A DNA stretch of 64,000 bases from an uncultured Celeribacter sp. (GCA_963676755.2 OY781536.2:261640-325639); one strand, 5' to 3'; positions 24,002 to 33,915 are shown, counted from the first letter of the stretch. Program-made: numbers and translations. Notes: generated from the letters alone by a model not told the origin.

Positions 24002-25183
24002 ATGAAAACTTCTCTCATCCTCGCCCTGTCATTGCTTGCAACACCGGCCTTGGCTGATTGGCAAGAGATCTTGGACGCCGCACGAGGGCAGACGGTCTAC
24101 TGGAACGCATGGGGCGGTGATGCGCGCACCAATGCTTTTATTGACTGGGTGGGGGATCAGACCGAAGCACTTTATGGCGTCGAGGTCGAACAGGTCAAGC
24201 TGAGCGATACGGCCGAAGCCGTCACTCGTGTGCTTTCGGAGAAATCCGCAGGACAGGATACGGGCGGGAGTGTGGATCTCATCTGGATCAACGGGCCGAA
24301 TTTTCTGGCGATGAAGGAGCAGGGCCTGCTCTACGGTCCTTTCGTGGCCGAGCTGCCCAACGCGCGCTATCTCGACCTCGGGCCGGACTCGGCCGCCTCG
24401 GTCGATTTCACCGTGCCTGTTGAGGGGATGGAAAGCCCGTGGCGACTTGCGCGCTTTGTGTTCAGCTACGACTCCGCGCGTGTGCCAGAGCCGCCGCGCA
24501 CTATGGCCGATTTCGCAGATTGGGCAGCCTCGCATCCGGGGCGGTTCACCCATCCCGATCCGTCCAATTTCATGGGCGCGACCTTCCTGAAACAGGCTCT
24601 GATTGAGCTTGCTCCTGATCGCGACATCTTGCAAGAGCCGGTCACCGATGCCCGTTTTGCCGAAGCCACAGCACCGCTTTGGGCGTGGTATGATGCGCTG
24701 CGCCCGAACCTGTGGCGCGGGGGGGAGACCTATCCGGCCAATGAATCCGTGCAGCAACAGTTGCTCAACGATGGCGAGGTGGATATCGCCATGTCCTTTG
24801 ATCCCGCTTCTACCGCCGCCGCCATCGCAGACGGTCTGTTGCCCGAAAGCGCCCGCGTCTTCGTGCCCGAAGGTGGCAGCCTCGGCAATATCAGCTTTGT
24901 CGCCATCCCCTATAATGCGGCCAATGCCGAAGGGGCGCAGGTTGTCGCAAACTTCCTGCTCGACCCCGCGACGCAGGCCCATATGCAGAATATTGAGGTG
25001 TTGGGTTCCTTCTCCGTGCTCGACCCCGCGCGGCTTGATGCGGAGGCGAAAGCTGCCTTTGATGCGCTGCCAAGTGCGCCAGCCTTGCCGACACGGGAAG
25101 AGCTTGGCCCGACGCTTCTGGAGCCGCATGCAAGCTGGATGACTCGGCTGACCGAGGATTGGGCGCAGCGTTACGTCAAATGA
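24002..25183 (+). CDS. ABC transporter periplasmic substrate-binding protein (YnjB-like)
   Basis: Signal peptide MKTSLILALSLLATPALA; 393 aa. A fused double permease and an ATPase follow, matching the E. coli ynjBCD gene sizes. Confidence 0.75.
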   Translation: MKTSLILALSLLATPALADWQEILDAARGQTVYWNAWGGDARTNAFIDWVGDQTEALYGVEVEQVKLSDTAEAVTRVLSEKSAGQDTGGSVDLIWINGPNFLAMKEQGLLYGPFVAELPNARYLDLGPDSAASVDFTVPVEGMESPWRLARFVFSYDSARVPEPPRTMADFADWAASHPGRFTHPDPSNFMGATFLKQALIELAPDRDILQEPVTDARFAEATAPLWAWYDALRPNLWRGGETYPANESVQQQLLNDGEVDIAMSFDPASTAAAIADGLLPESARVFVPEGGSLGNISFVAIPYNAANAEGAQVVANFLLDPATQAHMQNIEVLGSFSVLDPARLDAEAKAAFDALPSAPALPTREELGPTLLEPHASWMTRLTEDWAQRYVK

Positions 25184-25193
25184 GCCGCGTCCA

Positions 25194-26900
25194 ATGAAAC
25201 ACCAAGGCCGCCTGCTACGCATGGCTGTTCTGGCGGTGGTCGGGCTTGGCCTGATCGCCCCGATAGCTCTTGGCCTGTGGCAGACAGGACGCGCCGCATT
25301 CGGCATCCTGCCGGCCTTGGGGCAGGACGTGGTCTCACTTGAGCCGTGGCGGGCCTTGGTCGAACTGCCGGGCTTTGCCACCAGCCTGCGCCTGACATTG
25401 GTGACAGGGCTTGGCTCGACCTTGCTTTCCCTGCTGCTGGCCATCGGGTTTTGCGCCGCTGTCCATGCGCGGATAACTCCCACGTCGGGCGCACGGATGC
25501 TGACGCCGTTTCTGGCCATTCCCCATGCGGCAATGGCGGTGGGGCTGGCCTTTGTGCTTGCCCCCTCCGGCTGGATCGCGCGGATGATTGCACCGCTTGC
25601 GGGTTGGTCGCATCCGCCGGACATCGCTACGGTCAATGACGGCTGGGGGCTGGGGTTGATGATCGGGTTGATGGTCAAGGAACTGCCGTTTCTGTTGCTG
25701 GTGATCCTCTCCGCGCTTAGCCAGATCCCCGTGGCGCGCCATATGGCGGCGGGGCGTGCGCTTGGCTACGGGCGCGGGATCGTCTGGATCAAGGTCATCA
25801 TGCCGCAGGTCTGGCCGTTGATCCGTCTGCCGGTCTGGGTCGTGCTGGCCTATGCGCTCTCGGTCGTGGACATGGCCATCATCCTTGGCCCTTCGACCCC
25901 GCCGACCTTGGCGGTGGCTGTGACGCGCTGGTTCAGTGACCCTGATCCGGCGATGATCCTGCCCGCCTCTGCTGGTGCAATTTTGCAGGCGGTGTTCGTT
26001 GGAGCTGCGGTGGCGTTGTTGATCGGGCTGGAAGCTCTGACCAAAAGGTTTGGACGCTGGTGGCTGAGACGCGGGGGGCGGGGACTGTCGGCAGAACCGG
26101 GATTGCGGCTGGCCACTGTGGCGGTGATGGCGCTGATGGCCTTGGGGGCACTGGCGATCCTGTCGCTTGTGATCTGGTCACTGGCGTGGCGCTGGTCCTT
26201 TCCGCAGATATGGCCGGAAAGCTGGTCGCTGAAACCGTGGGCGCGGGCGCAAGGCGGCTGGATGGAAGCACTTGGAACCACGCTGGTGCTGGCGCTGGCA
26301 ACCGTCGGGCTGTCGCTCGCGCTGGCGATTGCGTGGCTGGAGGGCGAGGATCGCATTAACCGTAGCCGCGCCCCTTGGGCTGAAGCGCTGATCTATCTGC
26401 CGCTTCTGATCCCGCAAATCGGCTTTCTCTACGGGCTGAATACCGGTTTCCTCCAGATCGGCCTGTCGGGCAGTCTCTGGGCCGTAATCTGGGCGCAGGT
26501 GCTCTTTGTCTTTCCCTATGTGATGATCGCGCTGACGGACCCCTGGCGTGCGTTGGATCCGCGTATGATCCGTGCCGCCGCTGCACTGGGGGCAGGGCCG
26601 AACCGCAGGCTTTGGACCATCAAGCTGCCGGTTCTGATCCGTCCGATCCTGACCTCTGCCGCCATCGGGGTGGCTGTCTCCGTGGCGCAATATCTGCCGA
26701 CGCTTTTCATGGGGGCGGGTCGCGTGGTGACGCTGACCACCGAAGCCGTTACCCTGTCCTCCGGCTCGGATCGCCGTGTCACCGGTGTCTATGCCTCGCT
26801 GCAAGCGGGTCTGCCTTTTGCCGCCTATTTCGTCGCCTTTGCGCTGCCTGCGGTCCTGCATCGCAACCGCCGCGCCCTTTCCGGAGCTTCTGTCACATGA
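25194..26900 (+). CDS. ABC transporter permease, duplicated or fused two-domain type (YnjC-like)
   Basis: 568 aa with about 12 TM segments and two binding-protein-dependent transport inner-membrane repeats. Confidence 0.85.
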   Translation: MKHQGRLLRMAVLAVVGLGLIAPIALGLWQTGRAAFGILPALGQDVVSLEPWRALVELPGFATSLRLTLVTGLGSTLLSLLLAIGFCAAVHARITPTSGARMLTPFLAIPHAAMAVGLAFVLAPSGWIARMIAPLAGWSHPPDIATVNDGWGLGLMIGLMVKELPFLLLVILSALSQIPVARHMAAGRALGYGRGIVWIKVIMPQVWPLIRLPVWVVLAYALSVVDMAIILGPSTPPTLAVAVTRWFSDPDPAMILPASAGAILQAVFVGAAVALLIGLEALTKRFGRWWLRRGGRGLSAEPGLRLATVAVMALMALGALAILSLVIWSLAWRWSFPQIWPESWSLKPWARAQGGWMEALGTTLVLALATVGLSLALAIAWLEGEDRINRSRAPWAEALIYLPLLIPQIGFLYGLNTGFLQIGLSGSLWAVIWAQVLFVFPYVMIALTDPWRALDPRMIRAAAALGAGPNRRLWTIKLPVLIRPILTSAAIGVAVSVAQYLPTLFMGAGRVVTLTTEAVTLSSGSDRRVTGVYASLQAGLPFAAYFVAFALPAVLHRNRRALSGASVT

Positions 26901-27544
26901 GCCTTGATCTTGATGCATTGTCCATCCGCGCGACGAATGGCCAACCGTTGTTTGCGCCGATGAGCCTGACGGTTCCAGCGGGCGAGGTGGTGACTGTGAT
27001 GGGACCGTCCGGTGTGGGGAAATCGACCCTTCTGGATGCGATTGGCGGGCATCTTGGTCACGGGTTTCACCTCTCCGGCGTGGTGCGGTTGAACGGGCGT
27101 GACGTCACAAACCTTCCCGCCGAAGCGCGGCGGATCGGGCTGATGTTTCAGGATGCGCTGCTCTTCCCGCATATGTCTGTTGGTGACAATCTGGCCTTCG
27201 GCCTGCCGTGCATTCTTCGCGGGCGGGCAAAACGGCGCGCGGCGGTGGAAACCGCGCTGGCGCAGGCGGGGCTGGAGGGGCTTTATGAGCGTGATCCGGC
27301 GACATTGTCGGGCGGCCAGCGTGCCCGCGCAGCACTTATGCGCACATTGCTGGCCGAACCTTCGGCTTTGCTTCTGGATGAACCGTTCTCGAAACTGGAT
27401 GCAGGGCTGCGTGACGACATGCGGCGTTTTACCTTCGCGCATGTAACATCCCGCGCCATCCCGACGCTGCTCGTCACCCATGACCCCGAAGATGCCGCCG
27501 CAGCCGGTGGTCCTGTCATCGCGTTGAAAGCGGATGGGGTTTGA
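26897..27544 (+). CDS. ABC transporter ATP-binding protein (YnjD-like)
   Basis: Walker A GPSGVGKST, signature LSGGQRARAAL and Walker B LLLDEPFS. The ATG at 26897 overlaps the permease stop. The ORF-track start at 26612 is an out-of-gene extension. Confidence 0.9.
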   Translation: MSLDLDALSIRATNGQPLFAPMSLTVPAGEVVTVMGPSGVGKSTLLDAIGGHLGHGFHLSGVVRLNGRDVTNLPAEARRIGLMFQDALLFPHMSVGDNLAFGLPCILRGRAKRRAAVETALAQAGLEGLYERDPATLSGGQRARAALMRTLLAEPSALLLDEPFSKLDAGLRDDMRRFTFAHVTSRAIPTLLVTHDPEDAAAAGGPVIALKADGV

Positions 27545-27584
27545 GAGGGGATGCTTTGTGTTAGGTGGGGCTGAAAAAGTCATC

Positions 27585-27628
27585 GCACCAAACGCGCCGC
27601 CGGCGGAGTAAAGGGGCGCATTTGGTGC
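27585..27628. terminator. Long hairpin GCACCAAACGCGCC-N16-GGCGCATTTGGTGC between convergent genes
   Basis: 14-bp stem with one mismatch. It lies between the ABC ATPase stop (27544) and the DUF1127 gene stop (27655). There is no clear U-tract. Confidence 0.3.
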
Positions 27629-27654
27629 GGATCAGTGCGCAGGTAGCGCAGTGC

Positions 27655-27864
27655 TTATTTGAGGAACACGCGTTGGATGGCTTCGGCGCGTGTCAGACCT
27701 TCGGCGGCCAGAGCATCGTCCGACATATCGGCAACGCGGCGCGCGTCTTGTGTCATTGCGACTGCTTCGGCAAGCTTGTCGAACATGTGGTTGATCGCGA
27801 TAAATGGCCGCGCAAGCGTATGGCGCAGGTTGGATCCGTGATGATGTGCATTTGCATATGCCAT
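27655..27864 (-). CDS. DUF1127-domain small protein (69 aa)
   Basis: The C-terminal ARRVADMSDDALAAEGLTRAEAIQ matches the DUF1127 pattern (L-S-D-x-x-L-x-D-I-G-L-x-R). A GGAG Shine-Dalgarno lies 8 nt upstream of the ATG. Confidence 0.6.
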   Translation of the reverse strand: MAYANAHHHGSNLRHTLARPFIAINHMFDKLAEAVAMTQDARRVADMSDDALAAEGLTRAEAIQRVFLK

Positions 27865-28038
27865 TGGAAGAACTCCGCTTATGTAACTCGGTCTCTTCCT
27901 CCCTGCCTGTAAGATGGGGCGTGGGGCCGCTATTGAGCACCCCGAAAATGCAGATACCCAATATGCAACAGACGCAACCCCGCCCGAAAATCGTGCGTTT
28001 TCTGTACGAGTTTCAGGTATCAGAAGGGCGCGGTAGGT

Positions 28039-28551
28039 TCACAAATACGCCGTGGGGATCGCGGTGGTGAATTTCAATTCTTCCATGGAAATCATGGAGT
28101 TGACCTGACTGAACTCAAGTTTCTGGATCATCTGTTTGTATACGGCGTCATAACGGGCCATGTCCGGCACGACGACTTTGAGGATATAATCCACCGTGCC
28201 GGTCAGACGGTAGGCTTCGACCACTTCGGGGATTTCGTCGATCAATTCCCGGAACTTGTTCAGCCAGTCGATTTCGTGATGCGAGGTGCTGACGCCGATG
28301 AACACGGTCAACGGCACATTGGCACGGGTCTGGTCCACCAGAACGACCCGTTTCTTGATGACGCCCGCCTCTTCCATCCGCTTGATCCTGCGCCAGCAGG
28401 GGTTGGTGGACAGACCAACCGCTTCGGAAATGGCCTGTATCGGCGTATCGCTGTCTTTTTGCAGGATTTCCAGAATGCGCCGATCTGTTTCATCGAAGGT
28501 AATGCTTTCGATCGGCTTTGATCCTGTCTTGCGGGGGCGCGGTTCTGTCAT
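28039..28551 (-). CDS. Lrp/AsnC-family transcriptional regulator
   Basis: HTH region DETDRRILEILQKDSDTPIQAISEAVGLSTNPCWRRIKRMEEAGVI, plus an AsnC-type ligand-binding (RAM) domain. I chose the ATG at 28551, which overlaps the upstream stop (ATGA). The ORF-track start is 28650. Confidence 0.9.
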   Translation of the reverse strand: MTEPRPRKTGSKPIESITFDETDRRILEILQKDSDTPIQAISEAVGLSTNPCWRRIKRMEEAGVIKKRVVLVDQTRANVPLTVFIGVSTSHHEIDWLNKFRELIDEIPEVVEAYRLTGTVDYILKVVVPDMARYDAVYKQMIQKLEFSQVNSMISMEELKFTTAIPTAYL

Positions 28552-29408
28552 GCGGGAACAAACTCCATAACTACTCCTGCTGCAAATTCGGGTCCGACAC
28601 AGACACCTTTCAATGTTTCCGAAAAGGCCACATCCGATTTCTCGAGGCAACTCTTCAGTCGGTCAGGGTCGCGGACCTTGAGGCGCAGGGTTGTGAAAGC
28701 CCCTTGTGCGGTCGCCGCGAGATTTGCCGCAGGATAACGCACCGCCATTGCGTCCGCTGTGCACAGGATCAGTGAGGCCGAATTCGGACCGGTTGAAACT
28801 TTGTAGCCGCCTTCAACTTCGGAGATTTGCCCCGCCGCCCAGAGCCGTGCGAAGGCTTTTGCATCCTCTTCGGGCGACTCGGAGATGGCCAGAATGGCAT
28901 CAAGGCCGCAGGCGGTGTTCGCGTGGTCGAAAAGTTCCGGAATCCACACGGTCTCCCGCGTTTTGTGCTGACACATAAAGACGCTGCCGAGGGGTGTCTC
29001 TTCTGGCGCGAAGGCAACGGTCGAGAAGGCGGCGACCCCTTCGGACCCGTCGGGCAGAGGCACGGGGCGGGAAAAACTGCCCAAACCTTGCGTTGCAATA
29101 CCAAGTGCGGACAGGGCTTTCGCCGCCTCTTCCGCATCATCGATCCGGCAGGCGATGGCATGAAGCCCTTGCCCCTGTGTTGCCAAGGTCTCCCGCCGTG
29201 CCGCGTTCAGGTCCGTCGGGGCCAGAATACCCAGCAATTCAAAATAGTCATTCGGGAACATGATGGTGTAATTCGCCGTGCCCTTGGCTGCCGAATGGGC
29301 GCCACGGGGTGAAAGTGTAAATCCGAGGGCCTTGAATTGTGCGGCGGCGGCATCGAGATCATCGACGAGGGCAAAGCAATGGTCGATACCTTTGACAGGG
29401 TGGGTCAT
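28548..29408 (-). CDS. VOC / glyoxalase-like domain protein
   Basis: MTHPVKGIDHCFALVDDLDAAAAQFKALGFTLSPRG followed by YFELLGI is typical of glyoxalase-like (Glyoxalase_3) proteins. Length is 286 aa. Confidence 0.65.
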   Translation of the reverse strand: MTHPVKGIDHCFALVDDLDAAAAQFKALGFTLSPRGAHSAAKGTANYTIMFPNDYFELLGILAPTDLNAARRETLATQGQGLHAIACRIDDAEEAAKALSALGIATQGLGSFSRPVPLPDGSEGVAAFSTVAFAPEETPLGSVFMCQHKTRETVWIPELFDHANTACGLDAILAISESPEEDAKAFARLWAAGQISEVEGGYKVSTGPNSASLILCTADAMAVRYPAANLAATAQGAFTTLRLKVRDPDRLKSCLEKSDVAFSETLKGVCVGPEFAAGVVMEFVPA

Positions 29409-29439
29409 TTCAAATTCTCCAAAGAAATGGTTGGCGGCA

Positions 29440-30150
29440 TTATTTGCGGACAGGGGCGAGCACGATTTCCGGCAAGCTGATGCCGGGTTGCATCTCGGCG
29501 ACGAACACGGCGGTTTTGGCCATGTCTTCGGGCTGGATCATCGCGGCGAGTTTGTCGGAGTCAAAGCCGGGGCGTTTGGCGAGAAGCGGTGTGGCGACCT
29601 CGGCGGGGCAGAGGGCAGTCGAGCGGATGCCGTTCTTGCCCTCTTCATCGTTGAGGCTTAGCGACAGGTCGGACAGCGCATGTTTCGATGCGCCATACAC
29701 CACGCCACTGACCGGAGAGTGAAACCGTCCCGCCCAGCTTGAGGTGTGGATCATCACCCCGTCATGTTGCGCACGCATGATTGGCAGACAGGCGGCAATG
29801 ACATTGAGCGCACCGGTGATATTCACATCAATCACCTGATCCCAGCTTTCCCAGTCCAGATCCGCCCATGTGCGTTTCGGGATGTTCAGTCCGGCATTGT
29901 TACAAAGCACCGTCAGATTGCCACCCCATGCGGCAATGTCTTGGGCGGCTTGCGCCATGTCCGTGCGATCCGTCACATCGCCTGCCCGGATGAAGACATC
30001 CTGAGCCGATGGCATCTTGGAGGCAACGTCTTCAAGGGCGCTTTGATTGCGGGCGGTGAGCGCCACGCGATAGCCCGCTTGGGCAAAGCCTGTGGCCATC
30101 GCGGCGCCGATTCCCGACCCCGCTCCGGTGATCCATGCTACTTTCTTCAT
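29440..30150 (-). CDS. SDR-family oxidoreductase
   Basis: Rossmann motif TGAGSGIG, plus NNAG and a YGASK catalytic motif. Length is 236 aa. Confidence 0.9.
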   Translation of the reverse strand: MKKVAWITGAGSGIGAAMATGFAQAGYRVALTARNQSALEDVASKMPSAQDVFIRAGDVTDRTDMAQAAQDIAAWGGNLTVLCNNAGLNIPKRTWADLDWESWDQVIDVNITGALNVIAACLPIMRAQHDGVMIHTSSWAGRFHSPVSGVVYGASKHALSDLSLSLNDEEGKNGIRSTALCPAEVATPLLAKRPGFDSDKLAAMIQPEDMAKTAVFVAEMQPGISLPEIVLAPVRK

Positions 30151-30368
30151 ATTTTTTCCCGAATTATCCGCAATAAAAAGATCGTAACACCACTTTTTGA
30201 GCGATGTGTAGGATAAAATCCCAATTTATCTAAAATATTTAGCTTTACATGTTGACTATACGTTATCCATCTCGTCATTTGAACCTACAAGACGCACTGC
30301 ACCATCAAAGCACAAGGCCAAGCGCAATAGGGCCGTTCCAGACCATCCAACCGGGAGAACGAGAGACG

Positions 30369-31964
30369 ATGACATTCACCATGAAAAAGGCAGGACTCAC
30401 ACTTGCCATGACGGGGGCTCTGAGTTCCGTGGCCTATGTGGCCAATGCGGAAGAAGAAGTCCAGAAGGGCGGCACGGCGATCATCCATATGATTTCCGAG
30501 CAACGCATCCTGAATCCGGGTCTGCGCGCCTCCACCGGCGTCTATAACATCACCGGTAAAATCATGGAGCCGCTGATCGACAAGAGCTATGAGGGTTATG
30601 AACCCGTTCTGGCAACAGAATGGTCCGGCTCTGAAGATGGCAAGGCGATCACCGTCAAACTGCGTGAGGGCGTGAACTGGCATGATGGCGAGCCCTTCAC
30701 CTGTGACGATGTTGCCTTTTCCGCCATTGAGCTTTGGAAAGGTCTTCTGAACTACTCCTCCGCGCTTCAGGCCAATCTCGAAAGCGTCGATTGCCCCGAT
30801 CCGCACACGGCTGTGTTCAACTATTCCAAACCCATGCCGCTTGAGCTTTTCGTCGCGGCCATGCCCGATCTGGGTCATCCGGTGCCGAAACACCTCTATG
30901 AAGGCACAGACATTCTCAAGAATGAATACAACACTGCGCCGGTTGGCACGGGGCCGTTCAAGTTTGTCGAATACCAGCGCGGCCAATATGTGCTGGCGGA
31001 GAAGAACGACGACTACTGGCGTGAGGGCTACCCCTATCTCGACCGGATCGTCTGGCGCTTTATCAAGGACAAATCCGCCGCCGCCGCCGCTCTGGAAGCG
31101 GGCGAAGTGCATGAGTCCGGCTTTATCGGCGTGTCTATGGCCGATGTGGACCGTTTCAGCAAAGACGACCAGTTCGATGTTGGCACTATGGGCTATGAAA
31201 ACAACGTCGCCCACTCCACGGTCGAGTTCAATCACCGCAACCCGATCCTTGCCGACGTGAAGGTGCGTCAGGCCATGTATCACGGCCTCGACATCGACTA
31301 TGCGATCCAGACCATCATGCACGGTTTTGCGAAGCCGGGTCGCGGTCCGGTGCCGAGCGCGGGTGGCATCAACTACACTGACGAAGTGCCGACCTATGCC
31401 TATGACACAGAACTGGCCAAGACCATGCTCGATGAGGCAGGCTATCCGGTGCAGGATGACGGCTACCGTTTCCACCTGCGTCACCGTCCGGCCCCTTGGG
31501 GGGAATATACCCAGCTTTGGGCCGAGTATTTCTCGCAAGCCATGAAAGAGATCGACATTGATGTCGAGATCCTCACCAACGACGCACCGGGCTTTTTGAA
31601 CGGTGTTTACCGTGACCATGATTTCGACACGGCGAACGGCTGGCACCAGTTCCGGTCCGACCCTGCTGTGTCCACAATGGTCTGGCTGCGCTCCGGTCAG
31701 CCGGAAGGCACGCCATGGACCAACCAGTTCGGCTGGCAAAGCGATGAAATGGATCAACTGATCGACACTGCGGCGTCCGAACTGGACGTAGAGAAACGCG
31801 CAGAAATGTATCACGAGATTCAGGCCAAAGCGATGGAAGAGCTGCCGGTGATTTTCGCGATTGAACATCCGTTCATCTCGGTCACCTCCAAAAAGCTCCA
31901 CAACCACCACAACACGCCGCGGTGGAATTCGTCCAGCTGGTATGACCTCTGGCTCGAACAGTAA
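30369..31964 (+). CDS. ABC transporter substrate-binding protein, family 5 (peptide/nickel/opine type)
   Basis: Signal peptide MTFTMKKAGLTLAMTGALSSVAYVANA; about 530 aa. Typical family-5 segments such as GTGPFKFVEYQRGQ are present. I chose the ATG at 30369, preceded by a GGGAGAA-type RBS. Confidence 0.9.
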   Translation: MTFTMKKAGLTLAMTGALSSVAYVANAEEEVQKGGTAIIHMISEQRILNPGLRASTGVYNITGKIMEPLIDKSYEGYEPVLATEWSGSEDGKAITVKLREGVNWHDGEPFTCDDVAFSAIELWKGLLNYSSALQANLESVDCPDPHTAVFNYSKPMPLELFVAAMPDLGHPVPKHLYEGTDILKNEYNTAPVGTGPFKFVEYQRGQYVLAEKNDDYWREGYPYLDRIVWRFIKDKSAAAAALEAGEVHESGFIGVSMADVDRFSKDDQFDVGTMGYENNVAHSTVEFNHRNPILADVKVRQAMYHGLDIDYAIQTIMHGFAKPGRGPVPSAGGINYTDEVPTYAYDTELAKTMLDEAGYPVQDDGYRFHLRHRPAPWGEYTQLWAEYFSQAMKEIDIDVEILTNDAPGFLNGVYRDHDFDTANGWHQFRSDPAVSTMVWLRSGQPEGTPWTNQFGWQSDEMDQLIDTAASELDVEKRAEMYHEIQAKAMEELPVIFAIEHPFISVTSKKLHNHHNTPRWNSSSWYDLWLEQ

Positions 31965-32053
31965 GACCCTGTTCCCCGGCGGGCGCGCGACCCTTCGCGC
32001 CCGCCTTTTTCCCAAGACTTTCCAATGGCACGATCCCGAAGGATCCAACGACA

Positions 32054-33043
32054 ATGACACTGCACATGCCTCCGATCCTGATCTATGCGCTGAGGCGTCT
32101 GGCTCAGGCCATCCCCGTGGTCATCCTGATCATGATCGGCACGTTTCTTTTGCTCAAACTCGCACCGGGCGATACGGTGGACGCTCTGGTCGGAGATATG
32201 GGCGGGGCCGATGCCGCATTTATTGCGCGGCTGCGGACCGAATACGGGCTGGATCAACCGATCTGGGTCCAACTCTGGCGCTATATGGTCAAGCTGGCCT
32301 CTTTTGATTTCGGCTGGTCCTTTGTCTATGAGCAACCTGTGTCGACCGTTCTGATGGAACGCCTCGGGACCACGCTGATGCTGATGGCGGCGTCTTTGAG
32401 CATTGCTTTCACCGCCGGTATCGCGCTTGGAGCGATTGCTGCGCGCCGTGCCTATTCCGCGACGGACAACCTGATCTCCGTTCTTGGCCTCGTGTTCTAC
32501 GCGACGCCCTCGTTTTTCCTCTCCCTGATGCTGATGCTGGTGTTCTCCGTCAAACTCGGCTGGTTACCGGTGGGCGGGATCAAGACCATTGCCGCCTTCT
32601 ACACCGGTTGGGATCACGTCTGGGATGTCATTCGCCACCTGATCATGCCGACCGCCGCGCTGTCGCTGATCTATCTGGCCTTCTACCTGCGCCTGATGCG
32701 CGCTTCTGTGATGGAAGTGGCCGATCTCGATTATGTCCGCACCGCACGGGCCAAAGGCGCCAAGGAAGGCCGCCTCATGATCCACCACATCATGCGCAAC
32801 GCGCTGTTGCCTGTGATCACGCTTCTGGGGCTGCAATTCTCCACGGTGTTGGGGGGCTCTATCGTGGTCGAAACCATCTTCACCCTGCCCGGACTGGGAC
32901 AGCTTGCCTACCAGTCTGTTGTGCAGCGCGACATGAACACCTTGATGGGGATCATCTTCCTCTGCGCCATCATCGTTGTCGTCGTCAACTTTCTCACCGA
33001 CCTGCTTTACGCACGTCTCGACAGCCGGATTGAACTCGCATGA
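32054..33043 (+). CDS. ABC transporter permease (DppB/OppB type)
   Basis: The N-terminus LIYALRRLAQAIPVVILIMIGTFLLLKLAPGD is characteristic. An EAA-loop region YVRTARAKG is present. Confidence 0.9.
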   Translation: MTLHMPPILIYALRRLAQAIPVVILIMIGTFLLLKLAPGDTVDALVGDMGGADAAFIARLRTEYGLDQPIWVQLWRYMVKLASFDFGWSFVYEQPVSTVLMERLGTTLMLMAASLSIAFTAGIALGAIAARRAYSATDNLISVLGLVFYATPSFFLSLMLMLVFSVKLGWLPVGGIKTIAAFYTGWDHVWDVIRHLIMPTAALSLIYLAFYLRLMRASVMEVADLDYVRTARAKGAKEGRLMIHHIMRNALLPVITLLGLQFSTVLGGSIVVETIFTLPGLGQLAYQSVVQRDMNTLMGIIFLCAIIVVVVNFLTDLLYARLDSRIELA

Positions 33044-33915
33044 CCCTTGCCGATACTGAAATCGCTCCGCCCGAGCCACCGCGCTATGTGATGTTCTGGT
33101 GCCGCTACAAACGCAACCGTGCCGCTGTTCTGGGCCTCGTTCTCTTTGCCGTCGTGGTGCTTATGGCGCTCTCTGCGGGCCTGATCGAGCCGGGAGACCC
33201 GCTGCGCCGCGCAGGCGATCCGCTGACCCCGCCCTTCGTTAACTGGGCCACACCTCTGGGCACGGACCAACTGGGGCGTGACGTGCTCGCAGGTGTCTTT
33301 TATGGCGCGCGCATCTCCCTTTTGATCGGGGTGGTTGCCACATTGGTCGCTATCGTGATTGGAGTCGTCATCGGCGCTCTGGCCGGATATTTCGGCGGAT
33401 GGGTCGATGACGTCCTGATGCGGATCACCGAAGCTTTCCAGACCATTCCGAACTTTGTGCTCCTTCTGACTCTTGTCGCGATCATGGGGTCCAAGATTGA
33501 ATGGATCACGCTGGCCATCGGCATCGTGAGCTGGACCGCACCCGCCCGCATGGTGCGTGCCGAGTTCATGTCCCTGAGAAATCGCGAATTTGTCGATGCC
33601 GCGCGCAATCTGGGCGTGTCGAACACCTCCATCATCTTTCGTGAAATCCTGCCCAATGCCATGCCGCCGATTGTGGTCTATGCCTCCGTCATCATGGCAC
33701 TGTCGATCCTGATGGAAAGCGCGCTGGCCTTTCTTGCTCTTGGAGACCCGAACTATGCCAGCTGGGGCAATATGATCGGTCAGGGTCGTGCTGTGCTGCG
33801 CTCTGCACCTTACTGCGCCGTGATCCCCGGTATCGCGATCATCCTCACCGTGCTTTCCTTTTCGCTTCTGGGCGAGGGGCTCAATGATGCGCTCAATCCG
33901 AGGCAGAAAAAATGA
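33040..33915 (+). CDS. ABC transporter permease (DppC/OppC type)
   Basis: 291 aa with an EAA-type region FVDAARNLG and an ATGA overlap with the preceding gene. Confidence 0.9.
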   Translation: MTLADTEIAPPEPPRYVMFWCRYKRNRAAVLGLVLFAVVVLMALSAGLIEPGDPLRRAGDPLTPPFVNWATPLGTDQLGRDVLAGVFYGARISLLIGVVATLVAIVIGVVIGALAGYFGGWVDDVLMRITEAFQTIPNFVLLLTLVAIMGSKIEWITLAIGIVSWTAPARMVRAEFMSLRNREFVDAARNLGVSNTSIIFREILPNAMPPIVVYASVIMALSILMESALAFLALGDPNYASWGNMIGQGRAVLRSAPYCAVIPGIAIILTVLSFSLLGEGLNDALNPRQKK

